From the NCBI GenBank assembly GCA_034667225.1, contig JAXDKG010000058.1, forward strand, positions 131,452 to 195,451: DNA of 64,000 nucleotides, written 5' to 3'. Below are positions 8,699 to 17,593 of the stretch, piece by piece; the stretch's first letter is position 1, and each line of letters begins with the position of its first letter. The notes beneath the pieces were generated by a model that saw nothing but the letters and a program-made list of their open reading frames with translations, was not told the DNA's origin and made no database searches. Origin of the DNA: Acidobacteriota bacterium. GTDB lineage: Bacteria > Acidobacteriota > Thermoanaerobaculia > Multivoradales > UBA5704. Position numbers and translations under genes: made by a program.

Positions 8699-10249
8699 GT
8701 GCCCTCCCTTCGCCGAGCCATCGCCTTCGTCCTCGCGCTGCTCGTCCCTGCCCTCGCCGCAGCCGAGCCCGCGCCGACGCTCCGGATCGTGAACGCGCGC
8801 CTGATCGACGGCACCGGGGCACCGGCGCGCATGGGGAGCCTGCGCATCGCCGGCGACCGCATCGCCGCCATGGGAGAGGTAGAGCCGATCCCGGGTGAGC
8901 CGGTCTTCGATGCCCAAGGCCTCTCCCTCGCGCCCGGGTTCATCGACACGCACTCGCACGCCACGGGGGACCTGCTCGAGATGCCGGACGCGCTCGGCGC
9001 GGTGAGCCAGGGGATCACCACCGTCATCGGCGGACAGGATGGGGAATCGACGTTCCCTTTGAGCGATCTCTTCGCAAAGCTGGAGCGCGCGCCCGCGGCC
9101 GTCAACGTGGCCTCGTACTCGGGGCACGGCACGCTGCGCGACAAAGTGATGGGCAAGGACTTCCGCCGCGCTGCAACCGCGGCCGAGACCGCCCAGATGT
9201 CGCGCCTGCTCGAGCGCGACCTCGAGGCGGGAGCCCTCGGACTCTCGACCGGCCTTGAATACGATCCGGGGATCAATTCGAGCCGCGCCGAGCTGATGGA
9301 CCTGGCGCGGGTCACCGCGCGGCACGGTGGCCGTTACATCAGCCACATCCGCAGCGAGGACCGGAAGTTCTGGGAGGCGATCGACGAGATCCTCGCAATC
9401 GGCCGGGAAGCGAAGCTCCCCGTGCAGATCTCACACATCAAGCTCGCGATGCGATCGCTCTGGGGCGAGGCGCCCCGGCTGCTCGCGCTCCTCGAGCGTG
9501 CCAGATCGCAGGGGATCGACGTCACGGCCGACATCTATCCATACCTCTACTGGCACTCGACGCTCACGGTGCTCTTCCCGGAGCGCGATTTCGAGAACCT
9601 GGAGACCGCCCGGCAGGTGCTCGCCGAGATCGCGCCGGCCGATGGATTGCTGCTCGGCCGCTACCTTCCGAATCCCGCCTACGCGGGACGCACCGTGGCC
9701 GACATCGCCAAGGAGCGCGGCGAAGCGCCGGAGAAAACGCTGATCGCGCTCATCCGGGACGCCGAGGCGCTCCGCCGCCAGGGAAAAGAGGGCGTCGAAA
9801 GCGTCATCGCCACGAGCATGATCGAAAGCGATCTCGAAAAGCTCCTCGCCTGGCCGCATACCAACCTCTGCACCGACGGCGAGCTCGACGGCCGGCATCC
9901 GCGGGGGTTCGGCGCCTTTCCGCGCGTCCTTGGCCTCTATGTGCGCGAGCGCGGCGTGCTGCCGCTCGAAGAGGCGGTGCGCAAGATGACTTCCCTCGCC
10001 GCCGATCACGTCGGGCTGAGGGACCGCGGCCGGCTCGCGCCCGGCGCCTATGCCGATCTCGTGCTCTTCGATCCGGCAAAAGTGATCGATCGCGCGACGA
10101 CGAGCGACCCGCACGCGCTCGCGACCGGCATCGAGCGCGTCTGGGTCAACGGTCAGACCGTCTACGCAGGCGGCAAGGGGAGCGGGCTCAAGCCTGGACG
10201 GGTGCTGCGCAGGAGGCAGAATGCGAGCGAAAGCCTGCTCCATCATTGA
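8699..10249 (+). CDS. N-acyl-D-amino-acid deacylase (D-aminoacylase) family amidohydrolase
   Basis: Signal peptide, FIDTHSH metal motif, and a length and C-terminal pattern (ADLVLFDP..., DRATT) typical of the D-aminoacylase subfamily. Confidence 0.8.
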   Translation: MPSLRRAIAFVLALLVPALAAAEPAPTLRIVNARLIDGTGAPARMGSLRIAGDRIAAMGEVEPIPGEPVFDAQGLSLAPGFIDTHSHATGDLLEMPDALGAVSQGITTVIGGQDGESTFPLSDLFAKLERAPAAVNVASYSGHGTLRDKVMGKDFRRAATAAETAQMSRLLERDLEAGALGLSTGLEYDPGINSSRAELMDLARVTARHGGRYISHIRSEDRKFWEAIDEILAIGREAKLPVQISHIKLAMRSLWGEAPRLLALLERARSQGIDVTADIYPYLYWHSTLTVLFPERDFENLETARQVLAEIAPADGLLLGRYLPNPAYAGRTVADIAKERGEAPEKTLIALIRDAEALRRQGKEGVESVIATSMIESDLEKLLAWPHTNLCTDGELDGRHPRGFGAFPRVLGLYVRERGVLPLEEAVRKMTSLAADHVGLRDRGRLAPGAYADLVLFDPAKVIDRATTSDPHALATGIERVWVNGQTVYAGGKGSGLKPGRVLRRRQNASESLLHH

Positions 10250-11120
10250 TGCGCCATCCGACCTTGGTCTCCGCCGCACCGGAGTTGACGGGCTCCCGGA
10301 TGCTCTCCGTGCAGCTGGCCTCCTCGAAGGGCTGCCGGATGCGCGGTACGCGGGCCGCCTGCGCGTTCCGCCCTACGTTCCTCTGCGCGACGCATCCGCC
10401 AACGTCCTCAACCCCGACGGCATTCGCACGTTCAGCTTCGCCCTCGCCGAGCGCGTGGCCTTCACCCTCGACCTTGGGAGATTTCCCGTCGTCCTGGGTG
10501 GCGATTGCAGCATTCTTCTCGGAGCCATGCTCGCCCTCCGGCGCCGCGGCCGATTCGGACTGTTCTTCTTAGACGGGCACGCCGACTTCTACCCTCCTTC
10601 AGCCGAACCGAACGGCGAGGTCGCATCGATGGAGTTGGCGATCGTGACAGGCCGGGAGCCGGAGGTGCTCGCCGATCTCGATGGCCGGCGTCCGCTTGTG
10701 CGGGAGGAGGACGTGGTGGTGTTCGGCTTCCGGGACGCCGAGTCGGCGGCGGAGTACGGGAGCCCGGACGTGCGCCAGACGGCAATGCACGCCTTCGATC
10801 TCGCTCAGGTGCGCCGGATGGGGCCGGCAGCGGCGGCCCGGCAGGGACTGGCGGCGCTCGAAGCGAATGGTGTGGAGGGATTCTGGATCCACCTCGATGC
10901 CGACGTGCTCAACGATGAAGTGATGCCGGCGGTGGACTACCGGATGCCGGACGGGCTCTGGCCCGAGGAGCTGAGCGAAGCGCTGGCAGTAGTGCTCGCG
11001 TCGCCGCTCGCGGTGGGAATGGAGATGACGATCTACAACCCCACGTTCGACGACGCGGAGCGCTCGGCGGCGCGGGCACTCGCGCGGGCCGTCACGGCTG
11101 CGTTTCCTGCTCCCTGCTAA
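10221..11120 (+). CDS. arginase/agmatinase/formiminoglutamase family protein
   Basis: GGDCSILLG, FFLDGHADF and HLDADVLND are ureohydrolase Mn-binding motifs. Confidence 0.8.
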   Translation: MRAKACSIIDAPSDLGLRRTGVDGLPDALRAAGLLEGLPDARYAGRLRVPPYVPLRDASANVLNPDGIRTFSFALAERVAFTLDLGRFPVVLGGDCSILLGAMLALRRRGRFGLFFLDGHADFYPPSAEPNGEVASMELAIVTGREPEVLADLDGRRPLVREEDVVVFGFRDAESAAEYGSPDVRQTAMHAFDLAQVRRMGPAAAARQGLAALEANGVEGFWIHLDADVLNDEVMPAVDYRMPDGLWPEELSEALAVVLASPLAVGMEMTIYNPTFDDAERSAARALARAVTAAFPAPC

Positions 11121-12535
11121 GGGCAGGAGAAAGCTTCGACGTCGCGCACCGGCGTGGGCACGCTCCCCCCCGGATTGAAGTAAGCCCAGGTGCGGCCAGT
11201 CAGGGTATCTCGGACCCTTACCGTGTGCTCGACGTCGGTGACAGCCGCGAAGTAGAGCCAGTAGTGGCCGTTGACGTTGCAGCCGTCAAGCATGTTCACC
11301 AGGAGCTGCGGATCGGAGGAGCGGGAGGAGGAGAAGAGGCCCGACCTGGAAGCCTCCGGCAGCATCATCCGCCTTGGCCCGTCGGCCTCGGCCGATGGAC
11401 GGCCCCACTCGACACTCGCTTCGAACCTGCCGCCGTCGAGGCAGAGGGCATTGGCGTCGTCGCAAGGCGCCACCCCACCGTCCGTGGCTCCGGCTGCGAT
11501 TTCCGAGACGGCTGAGTCACCATCGGCCCCCACGGCACTGATCCGATATTGGAACGTAGCGCCGCCGGACAGGCCGGAGTCGGTGTAACTCTCCACTCCC
11601 GCTGCCAGCGAAGCGATCTCCCGGAAGGTGCCGCCCGGCTGCCGGCGCTCGATCCGGATCTCGCTCGCCGCGATCGATGGGTCGGCCCAGGTGAGATGGA
11701 TCTCGCTTTCCGACTGCCCGCGCGCCTGGAGCTGCGCGGGAGCAGCGAGAGAGGTGCCGCAGCCAGGGCTGTCGTCGTCATTGATCGTCACTGTCGCGCT
11801 GCTCGCGCCGAGCCCGGCGCCGGTGGCCCTGCTGAGCTTGACGGTGAATGTCTCGCTTTTTTCCTTGGCCTTGTCGTTCTTGATCGGTACCTCGATCGTC
11901 TTCGAGTCCTGGTCGCCCGCCGCCCAGCTCAAGGTGCCGGTCCGGGCGGTGAAGTCCTTTTTCGTCTTGGCAGTCCCGCTGGCCGTCTCGAACTTGACCG
12001 TCGCGGCCCCGTCGCTGCCGCCCGTCCGCGCGACGGTCACCGTCAGGGCTCCGATTCCTTCATCCGCCGCGTAGCTGGTGGACAGGAGCTCCAGAGTGCC
12101 GGCTGCCGAGCCCCCTGAGTTGCCCCGGACAACTACGGTGCCGCGCATTCCGCTGGTGGTGGTGCCATGCACCTGGCAGTAGTAGCCGTAGGTGCCCGGA
12201 GCATTGAAAGTGCGCTGGAAGGTGGCGCTCGTGGCTGGCGGGCCGCTGGTGAACGAGCCGTCGTCGCCCTTGACGGTGTGCTCCGTGCTCCCCGACCAGG
12301 TCCAGCAGACCGGCTGCCCCGGGTCGACGGTCACCGAGGCCGGTGAGAAGCTGATGCCGCCGCCGCTGATCGTAATCTTGGCCTGCACTCCCGCGCAGCC
12401 CGACGTCGGATTGGGGTCGCCGCCGCCCGGATCGTCGTCATAATCGTTTCCGACTACAGAGTGATGCTGACCCCAGGCAGAGACGGCGAGCAGAAAGCCC
12501 AGCCCGAGCGCTCGCAGGGTGGGTCGGTGGTTCAT
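11117..12535 (-). CDS. secreted multidomain protein: cupredoxin/plastocyanin-like + Calx-beta + fibronectin III + Cys-containing C-terminal domain
   Basis: Signal peptide. Copper-site-like GTYGYYCQVHGTTTSGMRGTVVV. A Calx-beta-like segment (TVARTGGSDGAATVKFETASGTAKTKKDFTARTGTLSWAAGDQDSKTIEVPIKND...VTINDDD). An FN3-like segment (SEIHLTWADPS...FQYRISAVG). Confidence 0.75.
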   Translation of the reverse strand: MNHRPTLRALGLGFLLAVSAWGQHHSVVGNDYDDDPGGGDPNPTSGCAGVQAKITISGGGISFSPASVTVDPGQPVCWTWSGSTEHTVKGDDGSFTSGPPATSATFQRTFNAPGTYGYYCQVHGTTTSGMRGTVVVRGNSGGSAAGTLELLSTSYAADEGIGALTVTVARTGGSDGAATVKFETASGTAKTKKDFTARTGTLSWAAGDQDSKTIEVPIKNDKAKEKSETFTVKLSRATGAGLGASSATVTINDDDSPGCGTSLAAPAQLQARGQSESEIHLTWADPSIAASEIRIERRQPGGTFREIASLAAGVESYTDSGLSGGATFQYRISAVGADGDSAVSEIAAGATDGGVAPCDDANALCLDGGRFEASVEWGRPSAEADGPRRMMLPEASRSGLFSSSRSSDPQLLVNMLDGCNVNGHYWLYFAAVTDVEHTVRVRDTLTGRTWAYFNPGGSVPTPVRDVEAFSCP

Positions 12536-12608
12536 GGTGTGCCCTCCTTTCCACCAGTGAATCCCCCTGCGAGCCCGGAAGGTTCAATGGCCTGTGTAGA
12601 ATAAAGTT

Positions 12609-13526
12609 ATGGAGCTGAAGGAAACCCAAACTCTGCGTCTCCTCCGCTCCGCCGGGCGGGTCGGGCTCGTGCTGTCCGGCGGGTCGGCCCGGTGCGCGTA
12701 CCAGATCGGGGTGATCGAGGCGCTGGCGGAGCTCGGAATCCGGCCTGCGCTCTGCGTCGGAGTGTCGGGCGGCGCCTGGAACGCCGCGGCCGTGGCCGTA
12801 GGCCAGGCCCATCGGCTCCGCGCCTATTGGCGGGCCTTCAGCCGCATGCCGGAGGTGGACCTGCGCAACCTGCTGCGCGAGCACTCCCCCTACCGCTGGA
12901 ACGAGATCCATCGCCGCACCTTCAGCCGCTATGTGGGTCCCGAGCGGCTGCGCCGGCCGGAGACGCTGCCGGTCTTCGTGGGCGTCACCCGCCTCTCCGA
13001 CCGGCAGGCCATCTACTACGACCTGCGGACGGCCGAGGACCCGCTCAAGGTCCTCCTCGCCTCGAACTACCTTCCGCCCTTCTACACGCACGCGCCGAGG
13101 ATCGACGGCGAGCGCTGCGGCGACGGCGGGATCGCCAACAACATCCCCTATGAGAAGGCTTTCGAGGAGGGGTGCGACGTGGTCGTGCTGGTGACGATGA
13201 AGGGAGAGAGCGAGGGCATGCCCAACCGGAACCCGCGGGAGATCGAGCACACCATCCCGCCCGTCTACCGCGACCGTCTGGTCGTGATCCGGCCGCGGCA
13301 CCGCCTCCCCACATCTTTCCTGGAGCGCCGCTGGCCGGCGCTCGTCCAGGCGATCGAGCTCGGCCGTCTGCGCACCCGCGAGGTGCTGCTGGGCGAGGTC
13401 CATCCGGCGACCGAGGTCCGGATGGACGGGATCGCGCCGACCGTGGTTCTGGCCCGCCTGCTCCTGGGCGGCTGGCTCTCCGGGATCATCAGGAGGCGAT
13501 CGATGGCCTGGCGCCGCAGGCTCTGA
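12609..13526 (+). CDS. patatin-like phospholipase
   Basis: GLVLSGGSARCAYQIGV (oxyanion GGxxR/K region), GVSGGAWNAA (GxSxG) and GDGGIANNIP (catalytic Asp, DGG). Confidence 0.85.
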   Translation: MELKETQTLRLLRSAGRVGLVLSGGSARCAYQIGVIEALAELGIRPALCVGVSGGAWNAAAVAVGQAHRLRAYWRAFSRMPEVDLRNLLREHSPYRWNEIHRRTFSRYVGPERLRRPETLPVFVGVTRLSDRQAIYYDLRTAEDPLKVLLASNYLPPFYTHAPRIDGERCGDGGIANNIPYEKAFEEGCDVVVLVTMKGESEGMPNRNPREIEHTIPPVYRDRLVVIRPRHRLPTSFLERRWPALVQAIELGRLRTREVLLGEVHPATEVRMDGIAPTVVLARLLLGGWLSGIIRRRSMAWRRRL

Positions 13527-13556
13527 GATACTCCCCAACCGGGGAGGTCCAGAGCC

Positions 13557-14894
13557 ATGAGACGAACCGCCTTCGCGATCACCGTCGCTATCTTCACCGT
13601 CCTGCTCACGCGGGCGGCCATCCCCCAAACGTCCGCAGTCACCGCCCTGGTTGGCGGCCGCCTGATCGACGGCTACGGCGGCAAGCCGCTGGAGAACAGC
13701 GTGGTGATCGTCCAGGACGGCCGGATCAAGGAAGTCGGCCGGATCGGCGAGGTGGCGGTGCCGGCAGGCGCGCAGGTGATCTCCACGGAAGGGATGAGCG
13801 TGCTTCCCGGGCTCTGGGACATGCACGTCCACCTGATGATCGTGGGCCACGCCGACTACGATCACTGGGACCGCACCTACCCGCCGCTCTTCCGCTCGAC
13901 AATCATGCCCGCGGCGGCAAAGCAGCTCCTGCTGGCCGGCGTCACCAGCGCCCGCGACCTGGGCGCGCCCCTGGAGGACATCCTGGCGGTGCGCGACGCG
14001 ATCAACCGCGGCGAGATGCCCGGGCCCACGCTCTACGTCTCCGGCCCGTTCCTCCAGCATGAGGCCTACCCCGGCACCGAGTCCTTCCGCTGGGGAATCA
14101 AGGGGGTGGAGGACGCCCGCGCCAAGGTGCGCCGCCTGGCCGAGGCCGGGGTGGACCTGATCAAGCTGATCGACCAGGACCAGATGACCATGGACGAGGT
14201 GCGCGCCGTGGTCGACGAGGCGCACAAGCGCAAGCTCCCGGTGGTCGCCCACGCCCACCGGGCCGAGGAGATCCGCCGCGGTATCCAGGCCGGCGTCGAC
14301 TGCTTCGAGCACACCGGGCTCGGCACCGCGCCGGAGTATCCGGAGGACGTGTTCGCCCTGATGAAGGGACGGGCCAACACCCTCTTCTGGACTCCCACCA
14401 TCGGACCCCTGCTGCTCTTCCAGGAGACCCGCGACGAGTTCCCCGAGCGCATCGACGATCCGCGCTGGCAGGTGGGCCTGCCGCCGGAAGTTGTGGCCGA
14501 CATCCGCCAGTCGCTCGCCAATCCCTCCCGCGTGGCCTACTTCCAGCACGTGCCCCAGCGCCGGCCCACTCTGGCGCGCAAGTTCGAGCAGCTCCGCCAG
14601 TCTGGCGTCATCCTCCTGATCGGCACCGACAGCGGCGTGCCGCTCAACTTCCACAGCGACTCCACCTGGCGGGAGATCGACACCTGGGTCAACACCTTCG
14701 GCGTCGCCCCGATGGATGCGATCCGGGCCGCCACCTACTGGCCGGCGGTCCAGATGAAGGTGGACAAGGACGTGGGCACTCTCTCCCCGGGCAAGTGGGC
14801 TGACATTATCGCCGTCAGGGGTGACGTTTTACGTCACATCGACTTGCTTCAGGATGTCGACGTGGTACTGAAGCGTGGCGTCAGGCACAAGTGA
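13557..14894 (+). CDS. secreted amidohydrolase family protein
   Basis: Signal peptide, LPGLWDMHVHL metal motif, VVAHAHRAEEI, IGTDSG. Paralogous in layout to 17590..18927. Confidence 0.85.
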   Translation: MRRTAFAITVAIFTVLLTRAAIPQTSAVTALVGGRLIDGYGGKPLENSVVIVQDGRIKEVGRIGEVAVPAGAQVISTEGMSVLPGLWDMHVHLMIVGHADYDHWDRTYPPLFRSTIMPAAAKQLLLAGVTSARDLGAPLEDILAVRDAINRGEMPGPTLYVSGPFLQHEAYPGTESFRWGIKGVEDARAKVRRLAEAGVDLIKLIDQDQMTMDEVRAVVDEAHKRKLPVVAHAHRAEEIRRGIQAGVDCFEHTGLGTAPEYPEDVFALMKGRANTLFWTPTIGPLLLFQETRDEFPERIDDPRWQVGLPPEVVADIRQSLANPSRVAYFQHVPQRRPTLARKFEQLRQSGVILLIGTDSGVPLNFHSDSTWREIDTWVNTFGVAPMDAIRAATYWPAVQMKVDKDVGTLSPGKWADIIAVRGDVLRHIDLLQDVDVVLKRGVRHK

Positions 14895-15067
14895 GCCTCC
14901 GCTCTGCGCAAAAAGTAAATGAGACGGGTAGAAGCTGCTCTTAGCTGAGTAGCAATACTGCAAATTCGACACGCGGCTCTTCCCTTTCCGGATCGGACGC
15001 TGCGCGATCGAGTCCTGGTGCTCGCCCTGCCGATCGCCCATCGGCTCCTCTGCTCTCTCCCTTCTCC

Positions 15068-15084
15068 TGGCACGCCCCTTGCTA
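15068..15084 (+). promoter_or_regulatory. sigma-54 (RpoN) -24/-12 promoter
   Basis: TGGCACGCCCCTTGCTA fits the consensus TGGCAC-N5-TTGCW exactly (GG at 15069-70, GC at 15081-82). It lies about 87 nt upstream of ATG 15171, in a lower-G+C intergenic stretch. Confidence 0.55.
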
Positions 15085-15170
15085 CTTACGTTTGGTGTGA
15101 CGAAGCAGGGATACCAGAATTGAAGCTCCTGTCAGCATAGATGATCGACTTGAGGGATGAGGAGAAGAAA

Positions 15171-15458
15171 ATGAAGAGCAAGGTAGGCAAAATTACCATC
15201 AACGCTGTCGCCTTTTCGGTGCTTCTCCTCATGAGCAGCGGCGCTCAGGCAGGCAGCATCTTCGCGCTCGACAGCCATACCGCCCTTTCGGAGCGGCAGA
15301 TCGGGCTCTTCCAGCAGGCAATTCAGTGGCTTGGGGGAACTTGGAATGGACTGGCCTCGGTCTTCGAATTCTCCGAGGAGAAGCCTGCGCCCCCGCCTAT
15401 CCCGGCGTGCACCACGAACTGCGGGGATGCCGGTCCGGGCATCGATCCCATCGGGTGA
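15171..15458 (+). CDS. small secreted protein of unknown function
   Basis: MKSKVGKITINAVAFSVLLLMSSGAQA is a signal peptide. RBS ggatgaggag lies upstream. The mature part is about 69 aa and ends PPPIPACTTNCGDAGPGIDPIG. Confidence 0.5.
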   Translation: MKSKVGKITINAVAFSVLLLMSSGAQAGSIFALDSHTALSERQIGLFQQAIQWLGGTWNGLASVFEFSEEKPAPPPIPACTTNCGDAGPGIDPIG

Positions 15459-15518
15459 GATCCGGGGAAGTCGCTTGAGCGCTGGTACGAAAACTGCAGA
15501 GACTCCGGCGCGGAGGAT

Positions 15519-16607
15519 TTGTACGTGAACCAGGATTTCACATTCGCCAACTTGGAAACATCTCGGGGCTCGGCCCGGGAGATGGATTCCGGTGGCTTCT
15601 CCCTTCCGCGTCCGAGCGCGAACTGGGGCCTTTGCGAGACCTTGCTTTCCCGGAGCCAGTCCTGCCGCTATCAGGATCCGGAGCAGATGGTCCTCCTGGC
15701 CGAGCGGGCCGTAGCCGTGGCCGAGGGGTTGGACCCGATGGAGTACGGGCGCGAGCTCGCCAGCGATTTGCGCGCACGCGCCTTTGCCGAGCTTGCGAAC
15801 GCCTATCGCGTTGCCGACGACTTGGAGGCCGCGGAGCGCATGCTGCGGCGGGCATCCGAGTGGAGCGCCAGGGGTTCCCAGGATCCGCTTCTGCTCGCCC
15901 GGATCATGCGGATAGCCGCCGGCCAGCGCGGAGCGCAGAGACGTTTCCCGGAGGCCTTGGCGCTGCTCGATGCGGCCTACACGATTTATGAGCGGCACGG
16001 CGACCGTTTCAATGCCGGCGGCGCCCTGATCAGCAGGGGGCTCTATACCGGGTACGGCAATGATCCCGAGAAGGCCATTCAGTACTTGATTGCCGGGCTG
16101 GCCATGATCAACCCGGCCAGCGATCCGAAGGTGGTACTGTCCGCCGTTCACAACCTCGTGAACTTCTTGACCGATTGCGGGCGCTTCCACGAGGCGCGCC
16201 GGATCCTGCGGCGCAGCCAGAAGGCCTACTTCGCGGCTGGGGACCGCCTGAACCTAATCAAGCTGCGGTGGGTAGAAGGCAAGATCGCTTTCGGGCTCGG
16301 CGAGCACGACATTGCGGAGGCCGCGTTCCGCGATGCGCAGGCCCGCTTCGAGCAAGCCGGCCTGGCCTACCACGCCGCCCTGGTCGCACTCGACCTGACC
16401 GCGGTTCTGCTGGAGAAGCGGGAGACCGCGGCCGCCCGCCAGCTCGTCGAGCAGACGATCACGATCTTCCGCTCGCGGCGGATCGCCCGCGAGGCGCTGG
16501 CGGCCCTGCTCCTCCTGCAACGCTCTCTGGATACGGACCGTAGCGCCCTCGGGGTGCTCCAGACCGTGCGGGCCTATCTGAAACGTCTGGAGACCCGACC
16601 GGTCTAG
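15519..16607 (+). CDS. TPR-like helical-repeat protein
   Basis: All-helical repeats with TPR-like periodicity (ARAFAELANAYRVADDLEAAERMLRRA; EALALLDAAYTIYERHGD; AEAAFRDAQARFEQAGLAYHAAL). The start is uncertain (TTG 15519 or GTG 15525). Confidence 0.65.
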   Translation: MYVNQDFTFANLETSRGSAREMDSGGFSLPRPSANWGLCETLLSRSQSCRYQDPEQMVLLAERAVAVAEGLDPMEYGRELASDLRARAFAELANAYRVADDLEAAERMLRRASEWSARGSQDPLLLARIMRIAAGQRGAQRRFPEALALLDAAYTIYERHGDRFNAGGALISRGLYTGYGNDPEKAIQYLIAGLAMINPASDPKVVLSAVHNLVNFLTDCGRFHEARRILRRSQKAYFAAGDRLNLIKLRWVEGKIAFGLGEHDIAEAAFRDAQARFEQAGLAYHAALVALDLTAVLLEKRETAAARQLVEQTITIFRSRRIAREALAALLLLQRSLDTDRSALGVLQTVRAYLKRLETRPV

Positions 16608-16615
16608 TCCCCCTC

Positions 16616-17002
16616 TCAATCCTCGTTGCCGAAGGCTTCTCGCAGGATTGCCTGAATCTTCTCCTCCAGCTTCGCGACGTCCAGATCCTCTTCGAGCGCT
16701 TCCATCGGCCGGGCTTCATAGCCCAGGCGATGGAAGCGTTCAAGCAGATTGGTCACGACCTGGGTGTGGCCGTCCTCCCTATCCGCGAGATCAGGTTCTC
16801 CGTCCAGTCCGGGGTCTCCGTTCAGCTCACTCAAGACTCTGATGGCCTCGTCCGGATCGAGATCCTCCTCCCCCTCCAGGATCCGGCTGATGGACCCGGA
16901 GGTCCATCCGAGCCTCAGCTCGAGCTCCTCTTCCGAGAGCCCGGAAACTTGAATGGAGGTCGCCAGCAAATCCGCCATCCACCGGGCTCGATCCTCTGCC
17001 AT
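16616..17002 (-). CDS. acidic hypothetical protein with HTH-like segment
   Basis: SGLSEEELELRLGWTSGSISRILEGEEDL resembles an XRE-type HTH and is followed by a very acidic tail. Convergent with the TPR gene. Confidence 0.55.
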   Translation of the reverse strand: MAEDRARWMADLLATSIQVSGLSEEELELRLGWTSGSISRILEGEEDLDPDEAIRVLSELNGDPGLDGEPDLADREDGHTQVVTNLLERFHRLGYEARPMEALEEDLDVAKLEEKIQAILREAFGNED

Positions 17003-17017
17003 GTCTGGAGTTTATGC

Positions 17018-17593
17018 CTATTTTCGCAGCGGCGTCTCCCAGAGCGGCTCGTCCTCGCCGAAGACCCGGGCCAGGTGGCGGGCGAGGACGAACAGGAAGT
17101 CGGAGAGCCGGTTGAGATAGCGCAGGACCTCGGTCGGCACGTCCTCCTCCCGCGCCAGGCGGAGCACGATCCGTTCGCAGCGCCGGCAGACCGTGCGCGC
17201 CACGTGGCCGAGCGCCGAGTACCGTCCGCCACCGGAGAGCACGAAGGAGCGCAACGGCGGCAGCTCCTCGTTCCAGCGGTCCATGGTTTCTTCCAGCCAG
17301 CCGATGCGCTCCGCCGTGATCGGGTTCTTGACCCGGCCGGCGTGCTGCGGAGGCGTGGAGAGGGTGCTGCCCAGATCGAAGAGGTCCTGCTGCACCCGAT
17401 GGATGTGGCCGACGATTTCACTCATGTTCCCGGATTCGCCGAGAGCGGCGCGCAGCATCCCGAGCACGGACTGCAGCTCGTCCACCGTGCCGTAGCTCTC
17501 GATCCGCAGCGAGTCCTTGGGGACGCGCTCCCCCCCGACCAGGTCGGTCATCCCCTCGTCACCCGTGCGGGTGTAGACCTTGTGAATCCTCAT
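17018..17593 (-). CDS. ATP:cob(I)alamin adenosyltransferase, PduO type
   Basis: MRIHKVYTRTGDEGMTDLVGGERVPKDSLRIESYGTVDELQSVLG is the canonical PduO/MMAB N-terminus. 191 aa. The start overlaps the stop of the upstream gene (ATGA). Confidence 0.85.
   Translation of the reverse strand: MRIHKVYTRTGDEGMTDLVGGERVPKDSLRIESYGTVDELQSVLGMLRAALGESGNMSEIVGHIHRVQQDLFDLGSTLSTPPQHAGRVKNPITAERIGWLEETMDRWNEELPPLRSFVLSGGGRYSALGHVARTVCRRCERIVLRLAREEDVPTEVLRYLNRLSDFLFVLARHLARVFGEDEPLWETPLRK

Noticed and set aside
12438-14654. 738-aa minus-strand ORF. Similar long antisense ORFs occur at 19751..21376, 20107..22026, 21974..24037, 24002..25489 and 15132..16190.
   Set aside because: They are opposite clearly motif-bearing genes (patatin, amidohydrolase, FadL, aconitase, NUDIX-MBL). 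Their low-complexity composition is typical of GC-rich off-frame ORFs.
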